Source of the DNA: an uncultured Chloroflexia bacterium | GTDB lineage: Bacteria > Chloroflexota > Limnocylindria > Limnocylindrales > CSP1-4 | Direction: 5' to 3' | Assembly: GCA_963789725.1 (NCBI GenBank) | Contig: CAWBLU010000003.1 | Coordinates: 67,170-131,169, forward strand | DNA length: 64,000 nucleotides | Shown here: piece by piece, positions 52,036 to 60,253 of the stretch | Layout of the letters: each line of letters opens with the position of its first letter | How positions within the stretch are numbered: position 1 is the first letter of the stretch | Notes under the pieces: model-generated | Databases searched by the model: none | The model's input: the letters and a program-made list of their open reading frames with translations, nothing else | What the model was told of the DNA's origin: nothing | Program-made: the position numbers and the translations under genes

Positions 52036-52326
52036 TTGATCGAGCTACAGGGCCGCTCAGAGGAGCAGCGCGACGATCTAGTGGAGCAGGTTGCCCGAGA
52101 GATCCAGTTGCGCGGCCTGACCGCCCCCGCAGTCCTGTTCTTGCAGGCGAGCCGGCCGTATCGCCCTCTCGGCAGCAGCGCCATGGTCTTCTTCGATCCC
52201 ACGCTGCGTCGGGTCTTCGGGGGCGAATTGCCTGTGGCGACCGAGATCCTCGCCGACGACCTGGGCATCGAGCAGCTCATCGAGCGATTGCAGGATCCGG
52301 ACGAGGAAATCTCCTGGGACGCTTAG
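52036..52326 (+). CDS. Hypothetical small acidic protein (96 aa)
   Basis: TTG start 7 nt after GGAGAG. High in-frame GC3. I recognise no family. It is the first ORF of a 4-gene insertion between alr and tsaE. Confidence 0.45.
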   Translation: MIELQGRSEEQRDDLVEQVAREIQLRGLTAPAVLFLQASRPYRPLGSSAMVFFDPTLRRVFGGELPVATEILADDLGIEQLIERLQDPDEEISWDA

Positions 52327-52396
52327 CGGCACGACGCCTAGAGCGGCACGGCGCTTGAGGGCCACCGGGGACGAGATAGCCGGGTAGCATAGTCGG

Positions 52397-54274
52397 GTGA
52401 GCACCCAGCCCCGAGCCTTTCTGGCCCTCGACTGCGGCTCCTCCACCACCTCCGGAGCGGTCCTGGGGCACGTGGGCGGCCGCTGGCGCCTCATCGCCCA
52501 TGCCTCGGCCCCCGAGCATATCGACGGCGATGCCATCCTCACCCGCCTGCTGACCCAGATCGGGCAGACCGACTCGGGCATGCTGACGGATATGGGCGTT
52601 GCCGGCGCCGACATCCCGATGGCGGTCGCGACGTGGCCCAGACTCGTGGCCAGGACCTCTCCGGAACGCCGGATCGCCGTCCTGGCAGGCTCGCGCCGGC
52701 AGCTGCGACGGCTCGAGTCCGCCGCAATTAGGGCCGGCTGGCTGGTCGTGGGCGGCAGCGCCGATGAAGACGACCCCGTTGCCCTGAGCCGTCTCGCCCT
52801 GTTCCCGGAGACCGCCGCGGTGCTTCTGGGCGCCGATCGCTCGCCCGGCGGTGACGAGAAGCGCCATCTGCCGGAATTGGCCGCGCTCGTGGCCGCCGTG
52901 ACCCGATCTCGGCCCGAGCTGGCCGTCGTGCTGGCCGGTGGAGCGGCGGCCTATGAATCCGTCTTCGCCGCCGTGACCGAACCTTGGGCCGTGCCGTCTG
53001 TGTACGAGCCCGCCGCCACGGCCGTCGTACGCGACGGCGACGACGTCACGACAACGGGCGACAAGGAAGCGGGTCAATCGAAACTCGCGTCGACGATTGC
53101 GGTAGCGAACGCGCAAGAGCCGGCCGCCGATGAGCCTTTCGAAGAGGGCGTGGGCGCGGCGTCAACCACGACCGACGCCGCGGCCCGGGAAGCGGGTTCG
53201 GGCTCGCCAGCCGTCTACCAGCCCGCGGAAGCTCCCGCCGCGCCACACATGCTGCTGGCCCCGGATGCCGAGGCCGGCCACCCGGCCGGATCGTCGCTGC
53301 AGCAGGTGCTCGAGGGGCTCCGAGCCCTGCCGAACGACAGCCGCCTCGGGATCGCGCGGTCGATTGCCTCGCTGGCTTATGTCCTCGACCGATCGATCGA
53401 GGTCGTCGAGATCGGGCTTCAGGGGGGCCTGCGGGCAAGATCGGAGCCTTTCGGCCAGGACCACTACGCGGTCGTTTCTTCGCAGGCGTGCCCGGCCGGA
53501 GCATCGTTTGCCCCGGCCGATCCCTCTGAGGACGTGATCGACGGGGTTCTGTCCTGGTCGACGGCAGTGCTGGACCGTCATCGAGCGATGGACCGACTGA
53601 ACGACGTGCGGCTCATTCCCTGGGGTGAGGCGGACGGCGACGGCGCGGCGTTCCGGCTGGCGGCCGCCAAGGCGGCTGTCGAGCGCCTCGTCGACGTCAC
53701 GCCCGAGATGGCCGATCGGCCTCTGCCCGAGCTGCTCGTCGCCGCCGGTGGCGTCTTCTGCGCCCTGCCGCCGTCCGTTGTGGCTTTGGCCCTGGCCGAT
53801 CTGGTCCGGCGGCCCGGTGTCGCGCATCTCGCCATCGACCAGGCCCGCATCCTGGCGCCGCTCGGCGCGATCGAGGACGAGACCGAGCGGCGGCGCCTCA
53901 TCGCGAATCTGGCCGACGACATCCTGATGCCGCTCGGCAGTCTCATCCTGCCCGCCGGAATCAAGCCGGGCCGCAGCGCCGGCCAGCTCCGGCTCAAGGA
54001 TGCCGTGACGACGTCCGAGATCGAGTTGCATCCCGGAGTGGTCCAGGTCATCGACCTTCCGCCGGGCCGAACCGGCAGGGCCGACCTCGACTTCCGCGAT
54101 GCGGTCCGGCTGCCGGCACGGGCCCGTCACTTCTCGGTCGAAGTCGGGGGCGGGCTGGGGGGCCTGCTGGTGGACCTGCGCGACATCCCGATGCGCATAT
54201 CGGATCGCCCCGACACGCGGAGGGCGGCGCTGGAGGCCTGGCAGCGCGGCATGTGGCCGGAGACGGACGAGTGA
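52397..54274 (+). CDS. Hypothetical protein with ASKHA (actin/Hsp70/sugar-kinase)-like N-terminal motif, 625 aa
   Basis: FLALDCGSSTTSGAVL resembles the phosphate-1 loop (DxGxT/S) of ASKHA ATPases. Later Gly-rich motifs are LAVVLAGGAAAY and LVAAGGVFCALPP. A ~90-aa acidic disordered linker lies in the middle. Confidence 0.5.
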   Translation: MSTQPRAFLALDCGSSTTSGAVLGHVGGRWRLIAHASAPEHIDGDAILTRLLTQIGQTDSGMLTDMGVAGADIPMAVATWPRLVARTSPERRIAVLAGSRRQLRRLESAAIRAGWLVVGGSADEDDPVALSRLALFPETAAVLLGADRSPGGDEKRHLPELAALVAAVTRSRPELAVVLAGGAAAYESVFAAVTEPWAVPSVYEPAATAVVRDGDDVTTTGDKEAGQSKLASTIAVANAQEPAADEPFEEGVGAASTTTDAAAREAGSGSPAVYQPAEAPAAPHMLLAPDAEAGHPAGSSLQQVLEGLRALPNDSRLGIARSIASLAYVLDRSIEVVEIGLQGGLRARSEPFGQDHYAVVSSQACPAGASFAPADPSEDVIDGVLSWSTAVLDRHRAMDRLNDVRLIPWGEADGDGAAFRLAAAKAAVERLVDVTPEMADRPLPELLVAAGGVFCALPPSVVALALADLVRRPGVAHLAIDQARILAPLGAIEDETERRRLIANLADDILMPLGSLILPAGIKPGRSAGQLRLKDAVTTSEIELHPGVVQVIDLPPGRTGRADLDFRDAVRLPARARHFSVEVGGGLGGLLVDLRDIPMRISDRPDTRRAALEAWQRGMWPETDE

Positions 54275-55497
54275 GTGCCACGGACCGGGTCGAGGCTGTC
54301 GGCGCCGCCGCGGACCTGGCTCGCATCGCCGGCCGGCGAGTCCTGGTCTTCTCGCCCGTGATTCGCTACCGGCTGGAGCCCGGCGATCGCGCCCTCGTGG
54401 CTCCCGGCGACGCCGTCGAGCCCGGCGCGCCGATCGCGGAGCGGACTCTCGAGGCCGAATTCGTGGAAGTCGGCCGCATCGCCGGGCCCGACGAAGGCGA
54501 GCAGGCCCGGCGGGAGGGCGCGGCTCCGACGAGCGGGGGCAGTTCCCTGGCTCGCCTCTGGGCCGAAGTCGAGGCCGAGCACGCGGAGCCGCGCGAGGGA
54601 GATCGCCCGCAGATGGCCGCGCGATCCGACCGACGACTCGGCCCCCTGCGCGAGGAGCGCCGCCGCCCGCCGGCCCCGGGCAAGTGGTGGGTTGGCGGCG
54701 GCGAGCGGCGCGATAAGCAATCCGGCGGGAAGGCAGTACTCCGACTCGGCGGGACGCTCCTCTTCGAGGCCAACGGACGTTGGTATGCCGCGGCCGGAGA
54801 CCGCCATGAGATCGTCGAGTCGCCGGTGGCCGGAGTCGTTCGTGAGGCCCGAAACGGCGTCGAGGTGACGATCCAGGTTGCCGGTACCGCCCTGCCGGGC
54901 GCAATAGCGGCCGGCGAGCCCTCTCGAGGGTATCTCGACGTGCCCCGCCTGACCGACGGCGACCTGTGGGCCAGCGCGCTCGACGTCGGCCGCGCCGGCG
55001 CGGTCGTGGTTGCAGGTACGCGCCTGTCGGGCCAGGCGATAAGCCGGGCCAGGGCCATGTCCATCCGCGGCCTCATCGCCGGCTCCGTCGGCGAAGGCGA
55101 GTTGCGCGATCTCGAGGCGTCCAGGCAGAGGCAAAGGGCCAGCCTGGCGCCATCTGTTTCGTTCGGGCTGATCGCCCTCGACGGCCACGGCCGCCGGCCT
55201 CTCGCGACGCCAATCCTGGCCCTTCTGGCCGCGATGGCCGGCCGCGAGGTGGCGATCGTCACCGACCCGCCGCTGGTCGTCTTCGAGGCGGCCGAGGTGC
55301 CGCTGCCGGAGCTCCCGCCGGACTGGGTCCGCGCCCGCAGTGGACCGCACGCCGGCCGGGAAGGCCGCTGGTTGAAGTCGGCCGGGCCGTATCGCTTCCG
55401 CGCCGGCATCCACCTCGAGGGGGCGGTCGTCCGCTTCGTCGACGACACGGACACGACGATCGTGCCGGTGACGGATCTCGAGCGTTTCGTCTTCTAG
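54271..55497 (+). CDS. Hypothetical protein with two lipoyl/HlyD-like barrel-sandwich motifs separated by charged disorder, 409 aa
   Basis: The motifs are ALVAPGDAVEPGAPIAE and SPVAGVVREARNGVEVTIQVAG. The start is either the GTG at 54271 overlapping the upstream stop (GTGA), or the in-frame ATG at 54253. Confidence 0.45.
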   Translation: MSATDRVEAVGAAADLARIAGRRVLVFSPVIRYRLEPGDRALVAPGDAVEPGAPIAERTLEAEFVEVGRIAGPDEGEQARREGAAPTSGGSSLARLWAEVEAEHAEPREGDRPQMAARSDRRLGPLREERRRPPAPGKWWVGGGERRDKQSGGKAVLRLGGTLLFEANGRWYAAAGDRHEIVESPVAGVVREARNGVEVTIQVAGTALPGAIAAGEPSRGYLDVPRLTDGDLWASALDVGRAGAVVVAGTRLSGQAISRARAMSIRGLIAGSVGEGELRDLEASRQRQRASLAPSVSFGLIALDGHGRRPLATPILALLAAMAGREVAIVTDPPLVVFEAAEVPLPELPPDWVRARSGPHAGREGRWLKSAGPYRFRAGIHLEGAVVRFVDDTDTTIVPVTDLERFVF

Positions 55498-55509
55498 GGA
55501 GCCCAGAAC

Positions 55510-56298
55510 TTGGACGCGAATGGAGATGCGCTACCCGCGCCGCCCACACCGATTCGGACCGTGGCCGACCTGGTGACGACGCTGAACGGGCTGACCGACC
55601 GACAGCGGCGCGGCTTCGGCTACTGGGTCGACCCGAAGGCCCTCCTCGTGGGACCGGCCCGGTCCCGGAGATCCTCCCGCGAATTCCGGGCCGCGACCCG
55701 CGCATACGACCGCTTGGGCGACGCGTCGCTCACGCGGGAAGAACGGACCGCGCTGCGTCGGAGAACCGTCGACGAAGCCTGCTGGTACGAAGGCGGTCAG
55801 GTGGTGGGCCGGCTGGCCGATGCCATCCGGCTCGAGGACAGGGATTCGCTGGAGCGCCTCGCGCCGGCGCTGCAGTGGCTCCAGGAGGCCGCTTTGACCG
55901 GGGCCGACGAAGTCCCGATAGCCATTCCAGCGGCCGCGTCCGATGCGTCGGTCGACGGGCCGGTAGGGTTGGCTGCCGCCGTGTCCGCTCCGATCAGCGA
56001 ATTCGAGCGCAGGTTCCGCGGCCCGCTTTGGGGCCTGAAGGGCGCGGCCCTGTTCGGAGTCGTGTGCACCCTGCCGTTCTTCTCGAAGCCGTCGCTGGCC
56101 ACGCCGCTGGCCTCCTTCGGCCCGCCCGCCGCGGCCTTCGTCGTGGGCACAGCGTGGCTGCTGTCGATAATGCGACTCATCCACTGGCTCGGGCTGAAGT
56201 CAGAGTGGTCGCTCGTATTGAAGCGACGAGTCCTGATCGCCGCCTTCCTGGCCGGTCCGGTGGGAGGCCTGGTCGTGGCCCGCATCGTCGCCGGCTGA
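55510..56298 (+). CDS. Hypothetical membrane protein (262 aa, 2-3 C-terminal TM helices)
   Basis: Hydrophobic segments AALFGVVCTLPFF, AAAFVVGTAWLLSIM and VLIAAFLAGPVGGLVVA. It starts 12 nt after the previous ORF. Confidence 0.45.
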   Translation: MDANGDALPAPPTPIRTVADLVTTLNGLTDRQRRGFGYWVDPKALLVGPARSRRSSREFRAATRAYDRLGDASLTREERTALRRRTVDEACWYEGGQVVGRLADAIRLEDRDSLERLAPALQWLQEAALTGADEVPIAIPAAASDASVDGPVGLAAAVSAPISEFERRFRGPLWGLKGAALFGVVCTLPFFSKPSLATPLASFGPPAAAFVVGTAWLLSIMRLIHWLGLKSEWSLVLKRRVLIAAFLAGPVGGLVVARIVAG

Positions 56299-56378
56299 AA
56301 GCGGCCACGTGGCACGACTGTGGTGCCGCAGACGCCGCCGGGGAGCGGTTTGGAGCGCGTTTCTAGTACCCTCGCGGG

Positions 56379-56873
56379 GTGATAGTCGGGCAGGAGACGG
56401 AGCGGATTGTCGTCACTCGTGACGCGGCCTCCACGCGCGCCCTAGCGGCAGCGCTGGCGGCCGCGGCGCGTCCGGGCGATCTCATCAGCCTGGTCGGCGA
56501 CCTCGGGGCCGGCAAGACGCAGTTCGCCAAGGGTTTTGGGGCGGGGCTCGGCATCGCCGACACGATCGTTTCGCCCAGCTTCGTGCTGATGGCCGAGTAC
56601 CGAGGCCGGCTGCCGCTCTTCCACGTAGACCTCTACCGCCTCGCCGACGCGGCCGAGGCGCTGGCGGGCGGCCTCGTCGACGACCGCCAGGCCGAGGGGG
56701 TCACTCTCGTGGAATGGGCCGAACGCCTGGCGGATGCTCTGCCCGCGGCGCGGCTCGACGTGCTGATCGACGGCGCCGGAGACGACCCTCGCACGATAAC
56801 CCTGCGGCCCGGCGACCCCGGCTACGCCCGATATCTGATTGTGGTTCCGGCCACGACCGAGGCCGCGGGATGA
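56379..56873 (+). CDS. tsaE: tRNA threonylcarbamoyladenosine biosynthesis protein TsaE
   Basis: P-loop GDLGAGKT in a YjeE-family context, in the tsaE-tsaB-rimI-tsaD order. Confidence 0.85.
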   Translation: MIVGQETERIVVTRDAASTRALAAALAAAARPGDLISLVGDLGAGKTQFAKGFGAGLGIADTIVSPSFVLMAEYRGRLPLFHVDLYRLADAAEALAGGLVDDRQAEGVTLVEWAERLADALPAARLDVLIDGAGDDPRTITLRPGDPGYARYLIVVPATTEAAG

Positions 56874-57547
56874 GGGCAGGCCCGCTTCTCGCAATCGATA
56901 CGTCGGGGACGAGCGCGCTCGTGGCCCTCGGCCAGGCCGACGGCACCCTCCAAGCCGAGCGTCGCTGGGCTGCCGGTTACCGCCACGGCGAGGAGTTGCT
57001 GACTCGGATCGATGAACTGATGACCGCGGCGGGCGTGACGATGGCCGAACTCGGCGGGATCGTGGTCGGAACCGGACCCGGAGCCTTTACCGGCTTGCGC
57101 GTCGGCCTGGCAACCGCCAAGGCGCTGGCCCACGGCCTCGCTACCCCGATCGCGGGCGTGCCGACATCCGACGCGTTGCTGGAGGCGGCCAGCCTGGCCG
57201 GCGCGATCGAGGGGACGAAAGCCGCGTTGCTGCTGCCGGCCGGGCCTTCCGACAGAGTCGTGGTGTTCGGAGGCCATGCGACGCTGCTTCGGGGCGGAGA
57301 AGAACCCGAACTGGACGAGGCCACGACCCTGGTCGCGGTGGACCTGGCGGGTCGAGCTCCCGGACAGGCGCTCGCAGTCGGGCAGAAGGCCCAGGCCGGG
57401 CTCGCCGCTGCGCTGCTCCGGCTCGGCGCCCGCAGGATCGTCACCGGAGGCGACGATGTCGCACGCTTGGTGCCCGAGTACGTGACCCTGCCGCGGGGCG
57501 TGGCCGTTGCGAAGGGGGAGGTTCGATGGTCGCACGACCACCGGTGA
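56870..57547 (+). CDS. tsaB: tRNA threonylcarbamoyladenosine biosynthesis protein TsaB
   Basis: LLAIDTSGTSALVAL... and GPGAFTGLRVGLATAKALA identify YeaZ/TsaB. The ATG at 56870 overlaps the tsaE stop. The ORF-track start at 56714 is an artefact. Confidence 0.8.
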   Translation: MRAGPLLAIDTSGTSALVALGQADGTLQAERRWAAGYRHGEELLTRIDELMTAAGVTMAELGGIVVGTGPGAFTGLRVGLATAKALAHGLATPIAGVPTSDALLEAASLAGAIEGTKAALLLPAGPSDRVVVFGGHATLLRGGEEPELDEATTLVAVDLAGRAPGQALAVGQKAQAGLAAALLRLGARRIVTGGDDVARLVPEYVTLPRGVAVAKGEVRWSHDHR

Positions 57548-58263
57548 GGATAGTCGTCGAACTGATGAAGGTCGACGATCTCACCGAAGTCCAGGCCATC
57601 GAGCGAGAGAGCTTTACGACGCCCTGGCCTGCCCACGCCTACCGCCAGGAACTCGAAACGAACCGGCTGGCCCACTACATCGTGGCCCGCTGTGGAAATG
57701 CGATCGTTGGCTTCGCCGGCATCTGGCTGCTGGTGGACGAGGCCCATGTCACCACCTTCGCGACGCGACGGTCGTGGCGCCGGCAGGGCATCGGGGAGCG
57801 ACTGCTGCTTGCCCTTTTGGACCTGGCCAGGACCCGAGGGGCTCACGAAGCCACTCTCGAGGTCAGGCCGTCGAACGTACCGGCTCGCAGGCTGTACGAG
57901 AAGTACGGCTTCAAGGTCGTCGGCGTCCGGCCGCGCTACTACAGCGACGACAACGAAGATGCCCTGATCATGACGACCGAGTCGCTGGACGGACGGCACA
58001 TGCGTGACCGGATCGCCCGGTTGCGGGCCGACATCGCGGCCCGGCCGGACATCGAACTCGGGCCGGACGGATTGCCGAAACGACGTGCGCCGGACAGGGG
58101 TGAATCCGCCGGGGCCGAGGGTCCGGCCGCGGTCGACTCCGGCTCGCAGAGCGAGGCCGGGGACGACCGCGCGCCGGGCGGCACGGCGGGGGCCCACGGT
58201 GCTTCCGAGCCAAGCGACCCCCGTGTCATCAGGCCGAGCAGCGTGATGCGGCGGACCCGATGA
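57526..58263 (+). CDS. rimI: Ribosomal-protein-alanine N-acetyltransferase RimI (with a ~90 aa disordered C-terminal extension)
   Basis: GNAT motif RRQGIGERLLLALLDLAR. The ATG follows a GGGGGAGG ribosome-binding site. Confidence 0.8.
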   Translation: MVARPPVRIVVELMKVDDLTEVQAIERESFTTPWPAHAYRQELETNRLAHYIVARCGNAIVGFAGIWLLVDEAHVTTFATRRSWRRQGIGERLLLALLDLARTRGAHEATLEVRPSNVPARRLYEKYGFKVVGVRPRYYSDDNEDALIMTTESLDGRHMRDRIARLRADIAARPDIELGPDGLPKRRAPDRGESAGAEGPAAVDSGSQSEAGDDRAPGGTAGAHGASEPSDPRVIRPSSVMRRTR

Positions 58264-59318
58264 GCGCAGGTCTGATCCTGGCCGTCGAATCGAGTTGCGA
58301 CGAGACTGGAATCGCCGTCGTCGAAGACGGGCGGCGGATCCACTCCAACGTCGTAGCCAGCCAGGTGGCAATGCACGCGGCCTCTGGGGGGATCGTGCCG
58401 GAGGTCGCGGCGCGGGCCCACCTGCGCTGGATCGTGCCGACGCTCGACGAAGCCTGGGAGGCTGCCGGGGTGACGTGGGACGACATCTCCGCGGTCGCCG
58501 TGACCGAGGGCCCGGGGCTCGCAGGCTCGCTGCTCGTCGGGATCAACTTCGCCAAGACGCTGGCATACGTCCACTCCAAGCCGCTCATTCCGGTGAACCA
58601 CCTCGAAGGCCACCTGTACGCGGCCTGGCTGGCGGACGAGACTCGCGAGATCTCCGAGCCCGTCTTCCCGCTCGTGGCCCTGATCGTCTCGGGCGGGCAC
58701 ACCTTCCTGGTCGAGATGCGCGATCACCTTCGATATCGACTCCTCGGCGAGACTGTCGACGACGCGGCCGGGGAGGCGTTCGACAAGGTGGGCCGGCTGC
58801 TCGGCCTGCCGTATCCGGGCGGGCCCGAAATCATGAAGGCGGCCGCCGGAGCGACGAGCCGGGACGTCGTGTTCCCTCGCGCCTGGCTCGGCGACACGTT
58901 CGACTTCAGCTTCAGTGGCCTCAAGACCGCGGCTCGACGCACGATCGCGACCGAGACCGACGGCCACGGGACGTCCATCGGTGAGGCCGCGTTGGCCGCG
59001 GATCGCGTCGCCGAGCTGGCGTACGGCTTTCAGGAATCGGTCATCGACGTGCTCGTGACCAAGACGCTGCGGGCGGCCCGGGCGGCCGGAGCCAGATCGG
59101 TGGTCCTGGGTGGCGGTGTCGCCGCGAACCGGGTGCTGCGCGACCGACTGGCCGCAGGCTCCGCTGCGGCCGGGATACCTCTGGTGGTGCCGCGGCCGTC
59201 GCTCTGCACTGATAACGGCGCGATGATCGGAGCGGCGGCGGCCAGGCGAATGGAGGCAGGCGCCCGGGCCGGACTAGACCTCGACGCCCGGCCCTCGCTG
59301 CCGCTGGCCCGGCGGTGA
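58260..59318 (+). CDS. tsaD: tRNA N6-adenosine threonylcarbamoyltransferase TsaD
   Basis: Kae1/Gcp family (LAVESSCDETGIAVV, metal-binding His pair region). Confidence 0.9.
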   Translation: MSAGLILAVESSCDETGIAVVEDGRRIHSNVVASQVAMHAASGGIVPEVAARAHLRWIVPTLDEAWEAAGVTWDDISAVAVTEGPGLAGSLLVGINFAKTLAYVHSKPLIPVNHLEGHLYAAWLADETREISEPVFPLVALIVSGGHTFLVEMRDHLRYRLLGETVDDAAGEAFDKVGRLLGLPYPGGPEIMKAAAGATSRDVVFPRAWLGDTFDFSFSGLKTAARRTIATETDGHGTSIGEAALAADRVAELAYGFQESVIDVLVTKTLRAARAAGARSVVLGGGVAANRVLRDRLAAGSAAAGIPLVVPRPSLCTDNGAMIGAAAARRMEAGARAGLDLDARPSLPLARR

Positions 59319-60253
59319 GCGAGTCTCCTCCGCCTCGGGGTTCCGCCGGCAAACGAGACGGGCCGCCCCGGCTCGACCCGCTGGCCGTCCGCCGCCAGCT
59401 GCGGGACGAGGGGTTAAGGGCCCGCCATTCGTTATCGCAGAACTTCCTGGCCGATCCGGACGTGCTGCAGGCGATCCTGGATCTGGCCGATCCGGCGCCG
59501 GGCCGGCGGATCCTGGAGGTTGGACCCGGCTTGGGCATCCTGACCGGCGGGCTGATCGAAGGCGGCGCGTCCGTCACCGCCGTCGAGCTCGATCGAAGGC
59601 TGGCCGAGCGATTGACGCGAACGCAGTCAGAGGCGATCGAGGGCGGCCGCCTGACCATCGTTCAGGGCGACGTGCTCGACCAGGAGATTCCCGGGCTGAT
59701 GCGGCCCCCCTACGAGGTGGTGGCAAACGTCCCTTACCACATCACCAGCCCGATCCTGCACCGCTTCCTGGCCGTGCCGCCGCGTCCGGAGCGGCTCGTC
59801 CTGATGCTCCAGCGCGAAGTCGCCGAGCGTATCTCGGCCGCGCCGGGGGAGATGAGCTACCTGTCGGTCTTCGTCCAGTACCACGCCGCGGTCAGAATCG
59901 TCTTCTCCGTCCCACGCGACGCGTTCGAGCCCGCGCCCGAAGTGGCCTCGGCCGTGGTGGAGATCCGGCCGATAGATCCCCGGGGCGAGAATCCGAGGCT
60001 CTCGCGCGACGACGAGGGCGGCCTCTGGCGGGTGGTCCAGGCTGGCTTCCGGGAGCGGCGCAAGAAACTGCACAACGTCCTGTCGCGCCAGCTCCGGCTC
60101 TCGGGCGTGGAAGTAGAAAGGGCTCTCGCGGCAGCCGCGATCGACGGCAACCGCCGGCCTCAGACTCTGGCCGTGGAGGAATGGCTTGCGCTCCGGGTCG
60201 CCCTGGAGCCACTGGGTGACGGCCCTGTCGACGGCCGGGGCGACGGCCGGTGA
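59315..60253 (+). CDS. rsmA: 16S rRNA (adenine1518/1519-N6)-dimethyltransferase
   Basis: GQNFL-like SQNFLADPD, the SAM motif ILEVGPGLGILT, and NVPYHITSPIL (NLPY). Confidence 0.85.
   Translation: MSESPPPRGSAGKRDGPPRLDPLAVRRQLRDEGLRARHSLSQNFLADPDVLQAILDLADPAPGRRILEVGPGLGILTGGLIEGGASVTAVELDRRLAERLTRTQSEAIEGGRLTIVQGDVLDQEIPGLMRPPYEVVANVPYHITSPILHRFLAVPPRPERLVLMLQREVAERISAAPGEMSYLSVFVQYHAAVRIVFSVPRDAFEPAPEVASAVVEIRPIDPRGENPRLSRDDEGGLWRVVQAGFRERRKKLHNVLSRQLRLSGVEVERALAAAAIDGNRRPQTLAVEEWLALRVALEPLGDGPVDGRGDGR

Noticed and set aside
53162-54904. 580-aa minus-strand ORF (also 54127-55413 and 54366-55454)
   Set aside because: Antisense to the hypothetical genes. The + strand frames have the better GC3 pattern, start/stop coupling and ribosome-binding sites, so I prefer them, although the proteins are unknown.
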